Notes under the pieces: model-generated
What the model was told of the DNA's origin: nothing
The model's input: the letters and a program-made list of their open reading frames with translations, nothing else
Databases searched by the model: none
DNA from: Candidatus Calditenuis fumarioli
Lineage (GTDB): Archaea; Thermoproteota; Nitrososphaeria_A; Caldarchaeales; Calditenuaceae
Reading direction: 5' to 3'
DNA: 64,000 nucleotides
NCBI GenBank assembly: GCA_030059665.1
Contig: JANVYR010000001.1
Span: forward strand, 192,001-256,000
Translations under genes and position numbers: made by a program
In this document: positions 28,154 to 39,953 of the stretch, piece after piece
Numbering within the stretch: the stretch's first letter is position 1
Layout: every line of letters starts with the position of its first letter

Positions 28154-31100
28154 TTACGCGTCGTCGAGACCGGTCGCGCCCACACCCGAATTTCCTACGG
28201 CCGGGCGTTCCGGAGCCACCGAGTGCAGCTCGTTCAGCGACCTGAACTCGGGGCTTGAGGACCTGATCCACCGTACGACCCTGATGGCTGCTGAGACGCC
28301 CTGGTACGTTGTGACGTACGGGATGCCGGTGATGACGGCGCCCCTCCGGAGCCGGTAGCCCGTTAGGTCCGACCTTCCCGCCTTTCGCCTGAGGTCCACC
28401 ACCATCTTCACCCGCTCAGACCTCAGCGCCACCGCCGCGTCCACCTCGTCCCTCCAGGAGGAGGCTTCCAGTATCCTGTCAGCAATATCTGGGAGACCGC
28501 CGACGTCACCCTCGACTTCGCTGAGCAGGAGCACCTCGAACCCCAGCGACTTGAGCTGCGAGATCACGTAACGGGCCTCCTCAACGCTCGACCCGTCGGC
28601 CGCCATCAGAACCCTTCCCTCAGCCGGTATCGGGTTGTTCGCACCGAGCTCGGCCTTCCAGTACGCCTCCTCGAAGCACCTTCCGATGCCCATGCACTCG
28701 CCGGTCGACTTCATCCTCGGCTCGAGCACCGGGTCGACGCCCGGGAGCTTCGCGAACGAGAAGACCGATTCCTTGACAGCGACGAAGCGCGGGGTTACCT
28801 CCGAGGTCAGCCCGAGCTCCCTCAGCTTTTTGCCCAGCATCAGCTTCGTGGCGACCTTAGCCATCGGCACGTTGATCACCTTGCTGAGGAACGGAACTGT
28901 CCTGGAGGCCCGCGCGTTGACCTCGAGGACGTAGACCTCGTCGCCCATCACCGCGAACTGGACGTTCAGGAGACCCACGACCTTCAGCTCCAGCGCGATC
29001 CGCCTGGTGTACTCCTTGATCCTCTCGACGGCCCTCTGGGAGAGCGAGACCGGAGGTATAACCATAGCAGCGTCACCGCTGTGGACGCCCGCGAGCTCTA
29101 TGTGCTCCAGGATCCCGCAAACTAACACGTCCTCGCCGTCGGAGAGCGCATCCACGTCCACCTCGACCGCTGGGTGAAGGTACTTGTCGATCAGGACCGG
29201 CCTATCCTCAGAGACCTGGATGGCGTCCTCGACCAGCTCCCTCAGCTCGCGCTCCGACCAGACCACGCCCATAGCCCTGCCGCCGAGCACGTAGGAGGGC
29301 CTGACGAGCACCGGGTAACCTATGGTTGCGGCGACTCGAACAGCTTCCTCGACGCTCCTGACCGTCGCGCCCTGTGGCTGTAGTATCCCCAACCGCTCAA
29401 GGAACCTCCGGAACCTGTCCCTGTCCTCCGTGATGTCGATGCTCTCCGGACTAGTGCCGAGCACCCTAACCCCGGCCGCCTCGAGCCTCTTGGCCAGCTT
29501 CAAGGGCGTCTGCCCGCCGAGCTGCAGTATGACCCCCTCGGGCCTCTCCCGCTCTATCACGTTCATCACGTGCTCGAAGGTTATCGGCTCGAAGTAGAGC
29601 CTCGTGGAGACGTCGAAGTCGGTGCTGACCGTCTCGGGGTTGTTGTTCACGATCACCGCCTCTATCCCCTCCTCCCTCAACGCTATTGCCGCGTGCACCG
29701 AGCAGTAGTCGAACTCGATACCCTGACCGATCCTAATTGGCCCGCTGCCGACGATCAGGACCCTCCTCCTTCCGGTCTCTGCCCTCGACTCGTCGGTCTC
29801 CTCGTAGGTCGAGTAGTAGTAGGGCGTCACCGCCTCGAACTCGCCGGCACAGGTGTCGACCATCTTGAAGACCGGCACCACCCCCAGCCTCTTCCTGATG
29901 CGCCTCACCTCCTCCTCGGTCAGGCCCGTGAGCCTCGCGATCTGCCAGTCCGTGAAGCCCATCCTCTTGGCCTCCCTCAGCAGCTCGGGGAAGTTCGGGT
30001 CCTCGACGGAAGTCCTCCGGAGCCTCTGCTCGGTCTCCACGATCCTCCTGATCCCGTTCAGGAACCACCGGTCGATCTTGGTCAGGGCGTGAATTTCGTC
30101 CACGGTCATCCCGAGCAGGAAAGCCCTCCTGATCGCGAAGACCCTTTGCCAGGTCGGCTTAGCGAGGAGCTCCCTCACCTTCTCGGGCGGCCATTCGTCC
30201 TCCGAGTAGAGACCGAGCCTACCGATCTCGAGCGATGAGATTGCCTTCTGGAGCGCCTCCTCGAAGGTTCTGCCGATGCCCATCGCCTCGCCCGTGGACT
30301 TCATCATCGTCCCTATCACGGGATCCATCGTCTCGAAGACGTCAACCGGCCACCTCGGTATCTTCACCACCACGTAGTCCACCGTCGGCTCCATCGCTGC
30401 GGTGACCTTCCCCACCACCCGGTTCGGTATCTCGTCGAGGGTGTAACCGAGCGCGATCTTCGCAGCCACCCTCGCGATGGGGTACCCGGTCGCCTTGGAT
30501 GCCAGGGCGGAGCTCCTGCTGACCCTGGGGTTGACCTCGATCACGGCGTACTCGAAGCTCTCAGGGTTGACGGCGAACTGGATGTTGCATGCCCCGACCA
30601 CACCAATGGCCCTCACCACCTTGAACGCGGCCCTTCTGAGGACGTGGTACTCCTCATCCGTGAGCGTCTGCGCAGGCGCCACCACAATGCTCTCGCCGGT
30701 ATGGATCCCGAGCGGGTCGACGTTCTCCATCGGGCAGACCGAGATGCAGTTGTCAGCGGAGTCCCGGATCACCTCGAGCTCGTACTCCTTCCATCCGTCG
30801 AGGTACTCGTCGATCGCAACCCTTCCGTTCATGCTCACCATAAGACCCGCGTTCACGAGGCGCCTGAGCTCATCGAGGTTCCGGGCGACACCCGATCCAG
30901 TCCCGCCGAGGGCGTAGCTGGCCCTGCAGAGGACCGGGAAGCCGCCGAGCTCCCTGACCGCATCCACAGCCTCCTCGAAGCTGCCCACCTCGATCGACCT
31001 CGGTATCCTCTCCCCGATGGACGTGACCAGATCGTGGAAGAGCCTCCTGTCCTCTGCCCTCTTGATCGCCTCCACCGGCGTCCCTATCACCTTCACGCCC

Positions 31101-31432
31101 AGCTCGTCGAGGACCCCCATCTCCTGGAGCTTAACGGCGAGGTTCAGGCCTGTCTGTCCTCCCATCGTCGGCAGGATCGCGTCGGGCCGCTCCTTCCTCA
31201 GGATCTCAGCGATCACCTCAGGGACCAGAGGCTCGATGTATACCACGTCGGCTATCTCGAAGTCGGTCTGTATGGTCGCCGGGTTCGAGTTCACGACTAT
31301 CGTCCTGATCCCTTCCTCCCTCAGCGCTATGCAAGCTTGGGACCCCGAGTAATCGAACTCGGCCGCCTGACCTATCACGATCGGGCCCGAGCCTATGACC
31401 AGGACGCTCTTGATCCAGTCGAGCTTGGGCAT
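28154..31432 (-). CDS. carB: Carbamoyl-phosphate synthase large subunit
   Basis: GSGPIVIGQAAEFDYSG, NSNPATIQTD and a duplicated ATP-grasp (GSGPIRIGQGIEFDY); ATG overlaps the carA stop. Confidence 0.97.
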   Translation of the reverse strand: MPKLDWIKSVLVIGSGPIVIGQAAEFDYSGSQACIALREEGIRTIVVNSNPATIQTDFEIADVVYIEPLVPEVIAEILRKERPDAILPTMGGQTGLNLAVKLQEMGVLDELGVKVIGTPVEAIKRAEDRRLFHDLVTSIGERIPRSIEVGSFEEAVDAVRELGGFPVLCRASYALGGTGSGVARNLDELRRLVNAGLMVSMNGRVAIDEYLDGWKEYELEVIRDSADNCISVCPMENVDPLGIHTGESIVVAPAQTLTDEEYHVLRRAAFKVVRAIGVVGACNIQFAVNPESFEYAVIEVNPRVSRSSALASKATGYPIARVAAKIALGYTLDEIPNRVVGKVTAAMEPTVDYVVVKIPRWPVDVFETMDPVIGTMMKSTGEAMGIGRTFEEALQKAISSLEIGRLGLYSEDEWPPEKVRELLAKPTWQRVFAIRRAFLLGMTVDEIHALTKIDRWFLNGIRRIVETEQRLRRTSVEDPNFPELLREAKRMGFTDWQIARLTGLTEEEVRRIRKRLGVVPVFKMVDTCAGEFEAVTPYYYSTYEETDESRAETGRRRVLIVGSGPIRIGQGIEFDYCSVHAAIALREEGIEAVIVNNNPETVSTDFDVSTRLYFEPITFEHVMNVIERERPEGVILQLGGQTPLKLAKRLEAAGVRVLGTSPESIDITEDRDRFRRFLERLGILQPQGATVRSVEEAVRVAATIGYPVLVRPSYVLGGRAMGVVWSERELRELVEDAIQVSEDRPVLIDKYLHPAVEVDVDALSDGEDVLVCGILEHIELAGVHSGDAAMVIPPVSLSQRAVERIKEYTRRIALELKVVGLLNVQFAVMGDEVYVLEVNARASRTVPFLSKVINVPMAKVATKLMLGKKLRELGLTSEVTPRFVAVKESVFSFAKLPGVDPVLEPRMKSTGECMGIGRCFEEAYWKAELGANNPIPAEGRVLMAADGSSVEEARYVISQLKSLGFEVLLLSEVEGDVGGLPDIADRILEASSWRDEVDAAVALRSERVKMVVDLRRKAGRSDLTGYRLRRGAVITGIPYVTTYQGVSAAIRVVRWIRSSSPEFRSLNELHSVAPERPAVGNSGVGATGLDDA

Positions 31433-32502
31433 CACAACCACCCCAGGAATTCGTCGAAGACCCGGTCGGCGTCGGAGGGCCCAGGATGACCCTCGGGGTG
31501 GTACTGCGTGGTCAGGACCATCAGGTCTTCGTGCTCGAGGCCCTCGACGGTTCCGTCGTTGAGGCTGATCTGTCTGACCTTTAGCCCGGTTCCCTCGATC
31601 GACCTGGGATCTACGGCGTATCCGTGGTTCTGCAGCGTGATGTGGATCCTCCCGGTCTTCAGGTCCTTCACCGGGTGATTGGTCCCCCTGTGCCCGAACT
31701 TCATCTTGTACGTCCTGCACCCCATCGCGAGCGCTATCAGCTGGTGTCCAAGGCAGACCCCCATCATGGGGACCTTTCCGATCAGCCTTCGCACGGTCTC
31801 GATCGCGTATCCGATCACCGTCGGGTCTCCGGGGCCGTTGGAGACGAGGACGCCGTCCGGTCTCCAGGAGAGGATCTCATCGGCCTCCGTCCAGGCGGGG
31901 AACCTCACCACGGTGACGTTCGAGCTGAGGAGCCTCCTGACGATGCCCATCTTCACGCCGCAGTCGAGGAGCGCCACGGTCTTCCGTCCAGATCCGAGGA
32001 CCTCCACGGTACCGCACGTCACCTCCCTCACCAGGTCGGTCTCGTAACGCCAGGCCGACAGCCTCTCCAGCAGCCCGTTCACGTCGACGGATGAGACGTC
32101 GCCGTGGACGAGGACCGCAGGAACCGTCCCATGCTCCCTGATCCTCACCGTCAGCGCCCGCGTATCGACGCCCTCCATCCCCACGACTCCGTGCTCCCGC
32201 AGGAACTCGTCGAGCGTCCCTCTGCTCTTCGCGTTCGAAGGGTAGCCGCACGCGCTCCTGACCACCACGCCCTCAGCCCAGATCCTGCTCGACTCGAGCC
32301 CGCAGGTCCACGCTCCGTAGTTGCCTATGTGAGTGTACGTGAACAGGACGATCTGGCCGTTGTAGGAAGGGTCCGTCAGGGTCTCCTCATAACCTGAGAA
32401 GGAGGTGGTGAAGACCAGTTCTCCGAAGGCTTCCCCCTCGGCTCCGAATCCCCTTCCCTTCACCACGGTCCCGTCGCCGAGGACCAGCAGCGCCTCGGAC
32501 AT
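31432..32502 (-). CDS. carA: Carbamoyl-phosphate synthase small subunit
   Basis: TDPSY.GQI, SNGPGDP, GVCLGHQ (catalytic Cys), QNHGY and QYHPE. Confidence 0.97.
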   Translation of the reverse strand: MSEALLVLGDGTVVKGRGFGAEGEAFGELVFTTSFSGYEETLTDPSYNGQIVLFTYTHIGNYGAWTCGLESSRIWAEGVVVRSACGYPSNAKSRGTLDEFLREHGVVGMEGVDTRALTVRIREHGTVPAVLVHGDVSSVDVNGLLERLSAWRYETDLVREVTCGTVEVLGSGRKTVALLDCGVKMGIVRRLLSSNVTVVRFPAWTEADEILSWRPDGVLVSNGPGDPTVIGYAIETVRRLIGKVPMMGVCLGHQLIALAMGCRTYKMKFGHRGTNHPVKDLKTGRIHITLQNHGYAVDPRSIEGTGLKVRQISLNDGTVEGLEHEDLMVLTTQYHPEGHPGPSDADRVFDEFLGWL

Positions 32503-32594
32503 CAGAACGTGCAGCGGAACCCACTAAATGTGGTTTGTGGTGCCGCAACCTGTTCCGTTGAAATAGTGATGACTCGATGAGGGCAAAGGCCCTC

Positions 32595-33137
32595 TCAGGA
32601 GCTCGAGACCGTGGCCCTCAGCTGCTGGACCGTCCTCTCCAGCCCATCGAGCAGTTCCAAAACCTGGGACCGGATCGCCCTGAGCCGCTCGACCTCGGCG
32701 GAGAGGGCGCTCACCTTGGCCTCGAGTTCCTGAACTTTGTTCCGGAGCTCCTCCACTTCCCGGCTCTGCTGCTCCTCCGTCAGCGTCTGCTGAAGGCTCC
32801 TGAACAGCTCAGGCACCTCGATCTTGACGCCCTCTTTCAAGAAGCGCTCGTAGGTCTCCCTGACCAGCTTCCCGGCCTTCGTCCTGCCCGACAGGTGGGC
32901 CCTTATTGTGGCCTCGGTCCTGCCCAGTTCCTCCGCGATCTGGGTGACGGGCATCTTCGCCCTCTCCCTGGCCAACGCGGCCGCCGCAACCGCGAGGCTG
33001 TCCACCCATGTTAGGCGCCCTTCGGGGTTCCTGAGCTCCTCGATTGCCTCCCGGCTGAAGAGCGACGCTATCAGCAGCGCGGCCTCGAGCCTGTGGATCT
33101 CCTCCCTTCCGACCGGCGAGAGCGGCACCTCAGCCAT
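32595..33137 (-). CDS. Predicted HTH regulator (COG1318-like) with C-terminal coiled coil
   Basis: '[18 protein letters not shown]...[26 protein letters not shown]' family pattern; typical partner of KaiC-like ATPases. Confidence 0.75.
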   Translation of the reverse strand: MAEVPLSPVGREEIHRLEAALLIASLFSREAIEELRNPEGRLTWVDSLAVAAAALARERAKMPVTQIAEELGRTEATIRAHLSGRTKAGKLVRETYERFLKEGVKIEVPELFRSLQQTLTEEQQSREVEELRNKVQELEAKVSALSAEVERLRAIRSQVLELLDGLERTVQQLRATVSSS

Positions 33138-33909
33138 CGCCCTCACCTCCAGCTCCGACCTCCTCGAGCGCGACCCTCCTCGGCGCCGTGAACCTTTTCG
33201 AGCTGTGGACTACGATGCCCTGGTCCGTGATCTCGAGCGGGTGCCTAGACATCGAATGCGCAGTCCCCCTCATCTTCCAGACGATTATGCTCCTCCGCAG
33301 CTCGCCGTCTATCTCGTCCAGGTCGAGCCTCACTATTCCGTCGGCGGCGTGCTCCACGCCCGGCCCTCCGAACCCCCTCTCCGTCACGCTCACCTGGGAG
33401 ATCAGTATCGATGTCACGCCCATGCCGGAGAGGACCTTCTTCAGCTGGAGGACGATCCCCCTCGCAGCGGCCGGCTTCGTGATGTACAGCGTGGTCACCG
33501 AGTCGATGACGCACCTGACCGCTCTGGTCTCACGAAGCGCCTCCCTCAGGACGTCGATGAGGGCCATGTAGTCGTCGGGGGCCCTGACGACGTACCTCTC
33601 CCTCTTGGCGGCCTCGCCGATGCCTGCGGTGAAGGCGTCGACTATCGCGAAGGTCCCATCGCGCTCAAACTCGCTCACGTCCCAACCGAACTGGGACATG
33701 GAGACCCTGACCTGAACAGGATGCTCCTCGAGCGCCACCAGAACCCCAGGCTCGCCCCTCTTGAGTCCGTTGTACAGGAACTGGTAGCCGAAGATGGACT
33801 TGCCGGTACCTGGTCCTCCGCTCAGCAGAACGACGTTCCGTTTCGGTATGCCGCCGTTCACGATCTCATCGAATCCCTGAATGTACGTCTTCACGCGCTC
33901 GATCGCCAT
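33130..33909 (-). CDS. Single-domain KaiC-like RecA-superfamily ATPase (COG0467)
   Basis: [32 protein letters not shown], '[12 protein letters not shown]' and 'WKMRGT.H'. Confidence 0.9.
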   Translation of the reverse strand: MAIERVKTYIQGFDEIVNGGIPKRNVVLLSGGPGTGKSIFGYQFLYNGLKRGEPGVLVALEEHPVQVRVSMSQFGWDVSEFERDGTFAIVDAFTAGIGEAAKRERYVVRAPDDYMALIDVLREALRETRAVRCVIDSVTTLYITKPAAARGIVLQLKKVLSGMGVTSILISQVSVTERGFGGPGVEHAADGIVRLDLDEIDGELRRSIIVWKMRGTAHSMSRHPLEITDQGIVVHSSKRFTAPRRVALEEVGAGGEGDG

Positions 33910-33991
33910 CTCCCTCACCCACTGAGGTATTATGTTTTCCCGGGATTTTTATTTTTCATGGACGACAAAGGTAACGTGTGACCGAGAGAGG

Positions 33992-34810
33992 CTAAGCTCT
34001 TTCACGACCCTTCCTCGACAGAATTTCGACCCACGGGTTGTCCTTGAGGAAGCTGGGAAGCTCCGACCGCTCAATCTCGCTTGCCGGTTCAGGCCCCCGT
34101 CTCTCCTCTGGTCGAGCAGCAACTGCGGTCTCCTGCCTCTGCGACGCGATGGACGCCAGCTGTCGGGCCAGCGACTCGACCCTCGCCCTCAGCGCATCGA
34201 CCTCCGCGACGAGCCTCCTCAACCCCTCGAGCGCCGCCACCCTCGCCTCCAGCTCCTGAAGCCTGCGCAGGACCTCTGTGATCTCCGCAGAAACCTCTGC
34301 TGGCGCCCTCTCGCGGACGAGGGTCTCAGAGGATACTCGCGCCTCAAGGTTCTCGACCTTCCTGAGAAGCTCCTCGAGCATCCCCAACATTCTCGTCAAG
34401 ACCTCAGTTCCGACGTCGCGCTGAGTCCCACCGCGCTCCTCCTGACGAGCCTCCGGCTCCCGCTCAGTCAGCTCCACCTCCCGGGTCCTCGGCGGCACCA
34501 CCTCCTCGACCTCTGTGCCCGTGTACCTCAGCAGCCCGAGGCCGTGGAACCTGAAGACGTGCACCCCAACGCGTTCGATCAAAATGGATGGGGCCGCGAC
34601 GTACGCCAGCATCCCCCTCGAAGAGTCGTGGTACGCCTCGAGTGCCGCGGAGAGCAGATCGGATACCGACGCGTCGTCTTCTACGATCCTGACCGTTCCG
34701 GTTGCCCTATCGGACCTGAACGTGATCGTCGATTCGCCGATCTCCACCTCGTATCCCTCTGACTCGAGGTGCCTCGCGATCCGCTGGATCAGCGCCCTCC
34801 TCGTCCTCAA
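33992..34810 (-). CDS. Hypothetical protein: degenerate restriction-endonuclease-like N-domain, coiled coil and short C-terminal motif
   Basis: 'IARHLESEGYEVE' start, 'AYVAAP', 'GLGLLRY' alpha/beta pattern, heptad repeats, and terminal LPSFLKDNPWVEIL. Confidence 0.6.
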   Translation of the reverse strand: MRTRRALIQRIARHLESEGYEVEIGESTITFRSDRATGTVRIVEDDASVSDLLSAALEAYHDSSRGMLAYVAAPSILIERVGVHVFRFHGLGLLRYTGTEVEEVVPPRTREVELTEREPEARQEERGGTQRDVGTEVLTRMLGMLEELLRKVENLEARVSSETLVRERAPAEVSAEITEVLRRLQELEARVAALEGLRRLVAEVDALRARVESLARQLASIASQRQETAVAARPEERRGPEPASEIERSELPSFLKDNPWVEILSRKGRERA

Positions 34811-34859
34811 CCGCTGGCGCTTAAAGTCCCTCCCGGGCCTCTATCAGCCTTTTGCGGGA

Positions 34860-35636
34860 TCAGGCAGAGTGGGAGAGGAAGTCCATTCTACCTCCGTCGA
34901 CGGTTATGACCTGACCCGTGATGAACGACGCCCTATCTGACGCCAGGAAGACCACGACGTCAGCCACCTCCTCCGGCCTGCCGATCCGCCTCAAGACCGT
35001 CCTCGACTCTGCCCACCTGATGTTCTCCTCCGCCTCCTTTGCCGGCCTCCCCAGTATCATGTCGGTGGCGATAACGCCCGGTGCCACGGCGTTCACGGTT
35101 ATCCCGTACTCGCCGAGCTCCAGCGCGAGCCTCTTGGTCAGCACCACGATCGCCGCCTTGGTCATCGCGTAGTACGTCGTGTTCCTGGCCGAGGTCCCGA
35201 GGCCCGCTATCGAGGTGACGTTCACGATCCTTCCGTACCTGTTCGCGATCATCGAGGGAACGACCGCAGCAGTGCAGTTGACCACGCCCTTGACGTTGAC
35301 CGCGTACAGCGCGTCCAGTATGGCGACGTCGTCCAGAACTCCTCCGCGCATGAAGACGCCGGCGTTGTTCACCAGTATGTCGATCCGCCCGAACCTGTCC
35401 AGCGCATCTGAGACCATCCGGTCCACCTCCTCCCTAATCGAGACGTCGGCCTTAGCCAGCATCACCTCCCTCCCCAGCTCCTTGATCTCCCTCGCGGTCA
35501 CGGCGGCCTCCTCATCGCGTGCGAGGTAGTTGCAGACGACATCGCACCCCTCCCTCGCGAGTCCGATCGCTATCGCCCTCCCTATGCCGCGCGAGGCACC
35601 GGTGACGAGCGCCACCTTGCCGAGCAGGTCTCCCAC
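34860..35636 (-). CDS. Short-chain dehydrogenase/reductase (FabG-like)
   Basis: [17 protein letters not shown] (YxxxK), NAVAPG and '[12 protein letters not shown]'. Confidence 0.92.
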   Translation of the reverse strand: MGDLLGKVALVTGASRGIGRAIAIGLAREGCDVVCNYLARDEEAAVTAREIKELGREVMLAKADVSIREEVDRMVSDALDRFGRIDILVNNAGVFMRGGVLDDVAILDALYAVNVKGVVNCTAAVVPSMIANRYGRIVNVTSIAGLGTSARNTTYYAMTKAAIVVLTKRLALELGEYGITVNAVAPGVIATDMILGRPAKEAEENIRWAESRTVLRRIGRPEEVADVVVFLASDRASFITGQVITVDGGRMDFLSHSA

Positions 35637-35744
35637 GGGTTGTGATCGGTACAGCCCGGAGATATCCCTGAGGGCAAACCTGTAGTGGAGACCTCACAAA
35701 GTGAGGTTTTTATCAATTGCCTGCGAAATTACTGCGATCGGGCA

Positions 35745-38402
35745 ATGGGACGCTACGTTTACCTGTTCGAGGAGGCGGTGGGCCTGACGAGGTTCGAGCT
35801 CGGCGGGAAGGGTTACGGCCTCGTGGAGATGACCTCTGTGGGCCTCCCGGTACCTCCGGGGATGGTGATAGTCACCGAGGCTTGCCGTGAGTACTACAGG
35901 AACGGCGGCAGGGTACCCCAGCAGGTCCTCGAGGAGGTCAGGCAGAAGCTCGAGCAGCTCAGCGCGAAGGTTGGTAGGCGTCTCGGAGACCCGGAGAGGC
36001 CGCTGATAGTCTCGGTCAGGTCAGGCGCCCCCTACTCGATGCCCGGCATGATGGACACCATCCTCAACGTGGGGCTGAACGACCGGGTGGTGGAGGCCCT
36101 CGCGGAGAGGACGGGCAACAGGAGGTTCGCATACGACGCCTACCGAAGGCTCCTCCAGATGTTCGGTCGCATCGTGATGGGCGTACCAGGTGAGAAGTTC
36201 GAGGAGGTGCTGAAGCGCTACAAGGAGAGGGAGGGCGTGAAGTACGACCACGAGCTCTCGGTCGATGCCCTCAGGTCCATCGTTGAGGAGTTCAAGCGCA
36301 TCATAAAGGAGCACACGGGTAAGGAGTTCCCGCAGGACCCATGGAAGCAGATCGAGATGGCAATAGAGGCGGTCTTCAGGTCCTGGAACAACCCGAGGGC
36401 CATCGAGTACAGGAGGTACTACAAGATCAGCGACGACCTGGGAACCGCGGTCAACATCCAGCTGATGGTCTTCGGTAACACTGGCCCCAACTCGGGCACC
36501 GGGGTCGGGTTTACGAGGGACCCGTCGACCGGGGAGAAGCGCCTCTACGGCGAGTACCTCCCCAACGCGCAGGGCGAGGACGTGGTCGCCGGCATCAGGA
36601 CGCCTCTCCCGATCGAGAAGGTCGACCCGGAGATCTACAGGCAGCTGAAGGAGACGGCCGAGAAGCTCGAGCGCCACTTCAGGGACATGCAGGACTTCGA
36701 GTTCACCGTCGAGGACGGCAAGCTGTACCTGCTTCAGACGAGGAACGGGAAGAGGACCGCACAGGCCGCCGTGAAGATCGCGGTCGACATGGTCAGGGAG
36801 GGGCTGATCACCGTCGAGGAGGCCCTGATGAGGGTCTCGCCATCTGACCTGAACCAGCTGCTCCACAGGCGCCTCGACCCGCGCGCCAAGGTGAACCCGA
36901 TCGCGAAGGGCCTTAACGCCTCCCCGGGCGTCGCCACCGGAAAAGTCGTCTTCCGCGTCGAGGAGGCCGTAGAGCTGGGCAAAGCAGGCGAGAAGGTGAT
37001 ACTCGTGAGACCTGAGACGACCCCTGACGACATCAAGGGGATCATCGCGGCCCAGGGGGTCCTCACCAGCAGGGGTGGGATGACCAGCCACGCGGCCGTC
37101 GTCACGAGGGGCATGGGGAAGCCGGCCGTCGTCGGTTGCGAGGAGATAACGATAGACCTCGAGAAGGAGCAGTTCGTAACGGCATCGGGCGTCGTGGTCA
37201 GGAAGGGCGACGTGATCACGATAGACGGCTCAACGGGTTACGTCATGCTCGGAGAGGTTCCAACGATCGAGCCCGAGATGACGGAGGAGCTGAAGACGCT
37301 CCTGAAGTGGGCCGATGAACGGAGGAGGCTCGGTGTAAGGGCCAACGCCGACACGCCGGAGGCCGCGAGGAAGGCCAGGGAGTTCGGAGCGGAGGGCATT
37401 GGGCTCTGCAGGACCGAGAGGATGTTCAACGCTCCCGACCGTCTGCCGATAGTGAGGGAGATGATCATGGCAGCCACCGAGGAGGAGAGGAGGGCCGCGC
37501 TGGAGAAGCTGTACCCGATGCAGCTGCAGGACTTCAAGGAGATCTTCAGGGCGATGAAAGGCCTGCCGGTCACCGTGAGGCTCCTGGACCTGCCGCTGCA
37601 CGAGTTCCTGCCGCCCGCGGAGGAGCTGATCAAGGAGATCTACGAGATGAGGCTCAGGGGCGCCAGCGAGCGTGAGATCGAGGAGAAGCTGAGGGTCCTC
37701 AGAAAGGTGGAGGCGCTGAGGGAGCACAACCCGATGATAGGGCACAGGGGCTGCAGGCTCGCGATAACGAACCCCGAAATCTACCGGATGCAGGTCAGGG
37801 CCATCCTGAGGGCTGCGATAGAGGTGCTCCGCGAGGACGGTGAGACGGCGGAGGTCCAGATAATGGTGCCGCAGACGGCCTTCGCTAAGGAGCTGGAGAT
37901 CATCAGGAAGCTTGTCGAGGAGACGGCCGAGGAGGTCTTCGCCGAGACCGGGACGAGGATCCCGTTCAAGTTCGGGACCATGATCGAGACGCCGAGGGCA
38001 GCACTTACCGCAGCCGAGATCGCGAAGGTAGCCGACTTCTTCTCCTTCGGCACCAACGACCTGACCCAGACGACCCTCGCCTTCAGCCGCGACGACGCGG
38101 AGTTCAAGTTCCTCCAGCCCTACCTCGAGAAGGGCATACTGAAGGAGAACCCGTTCGAGGTGCTCGACAGGGAGGGAGTTGGCAGGCTGGTCAGGATGGC
38201 CACCCAGGAGGGCAAGGCCGCCAACCCGAGGCTGGAGGTGGGAATCTGCGGAGAGCACGGCGGCGAGCCTAACAGCATCGCGTTCTTCCACGAGGCGGGC
38301 CTCGACTACGTCAGCTGCTCACCGTACAGGATCCCGATAGCGAGGCTCGCGGCCGCCCAGGCTGCGATTAGGGAGAAAGTGGAGGTCAGCGTGACGGTCT
38401 GA
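35745..38402 (+). CDS. ppdK: Pyruvate, phosphate dikinase
   Basis: LGGKG, SVRSGA..SMPGMMDT, GEDVVAG, GGMTSHAAVV (phospho-His), GLCRTE, SFGTNDLTQ and GICGEHGG. Confidence 0.96.
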   Translation: MGRYVYLFEEAVGLTRFELGGKGYGLVEMTSVGLPVPPGMVIVTEACREYYRNGGRVPQQVLEEVRQKLEQLSAKVGRRLGDPERPLIVSVRSGAPYSMPGMMDTILNVGLNDRVVEALAERTGNRRFAYDAYRRLLQMFGRIVMGVPGEKFEEVLKRYKEREGVKYDHELSVDALRSIVEEFKRIIKEHTGKEFPQDPWKQIEMAIEAVFRSWNNPRAIEYRRYYKISDDLGTAVNIQLMVFGNTGPNSGTGVGFTRDPSTGEKRLYGEYLPNAQGEDVVAGIRTPLPIEKVDPEIYRQLKETAEKLERHFRDMQDFEFTVEDGKLYLLQTRNGKRTAQAAVKIAVDMVREGLITVEEALMRVSPSDLNQLLHRRLDPRAKVNPIAKGLNASPGVATGKVVFRVEEAVELGKAGEKVILVRPETTPDDIKGIIAAQGVLTSRGGMTSHAAVVTRGMGKPAVVGCEEITIDLEKEQFVTASGVVVRKGDVITIDGSTGYVMLGEVPTIEPEMTEELKTLLKWADERRRLGVRANADTPEAARKAREFGAEGIGLCRTERMFNAPDRLPIVREMIMAATEEERRAALEKLYPMQLQDFKEIFRAMKGLPVTVRLLDLPLHEFLPPAEELIKEIYEMRLRGASEREIEEKLRVLRKVEALREHNPMIGHRGCRLAITNPEIYRMQVRAILRAAIEVLREDGETAEVQIMVPQTAFAKELEIIRKLVEETAEEVFAETGTRIPFKFGTMIETPRAALTAAEIAKVADFFSFGTNDLTQTTLAFSRDDAEFKFLQPYLEKGILKENPFEVLDREGVGRLVRMATQEGKAANPRLEVGICGEHGGEPNSIAFFHEAGLDYVSCSPYRIPIARLAAAQAAIREKVEVSVTV

Positions 38403-38462
38403 GCTATCAGAAGTCTTCCACATCGTTGAACTCCAAAAACTTGGAACTACTGAGGGCGAGGG

Positions 38463-39485
<1,023 letters not shown>

Positions 39486-39559
39486 TTATTGAACCCACCC
39501 AGCACCGTGTCGTCCCAGATAAATCGGCTTCTCCGAGGGTGTGCCGGCTCTTAAGGCCC

Positions 39560-39825
39560 TGACCGTCAGCGGTACCGGTTAGGACGAGGAGATCCCTGCG
39601 TAACCCGGGGAGATTACCTCACCCATCCTGCTGCCGCGGTCCTGCATCAACAATATTCCTCGTGACCTCCCGAGCAACACCCAGGTCTTCGACATACGTC
39701 ACCACCCTGCTGTGCTTGACGGCGAAGTTGAACCTGCCCTCCAGCGCCTCCCTCAGGTTCCTGATCAGGACCCGCTCGTACCTCGACCTCTTGGAAGCCC
39801 AATCTAGGCTCGCGTTCGGTGCCAT
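39560..39825 (-). pseudogene. Possible decayed N-terminal fragment of ThiI (THUMP) tRNA sulfurtransferase
   Basis: 'SKRSRYERVLIRNLREAL' and, after a stop and frameshift, 'ISRV..GISSS*P' resemble ThiI 'LKS..R.rfE..L.rNi..aL...rvfGIss.Sp'. By-eye similarity only. Confidence 0.3.
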
Positions 39826-39953
39826 GAGAGAGTGACTTAATAGCAGTTAACGTAGGGAATCAGGTCGGAGAGAATGCGATGAGGTTGGTGCGACAAAGAA
39901 AAGGGAAAAAGGGGAGGGGTTGATCTCTTCTGCTATTTCTCTGTTCTCTGCGT

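Noticed and set aside
31433-31720. N-terminal extension of carB in the ORF track
   Set aside because: Overlaps carA in another frame; MPKLDWIKSV at 31432 is the conserved start.
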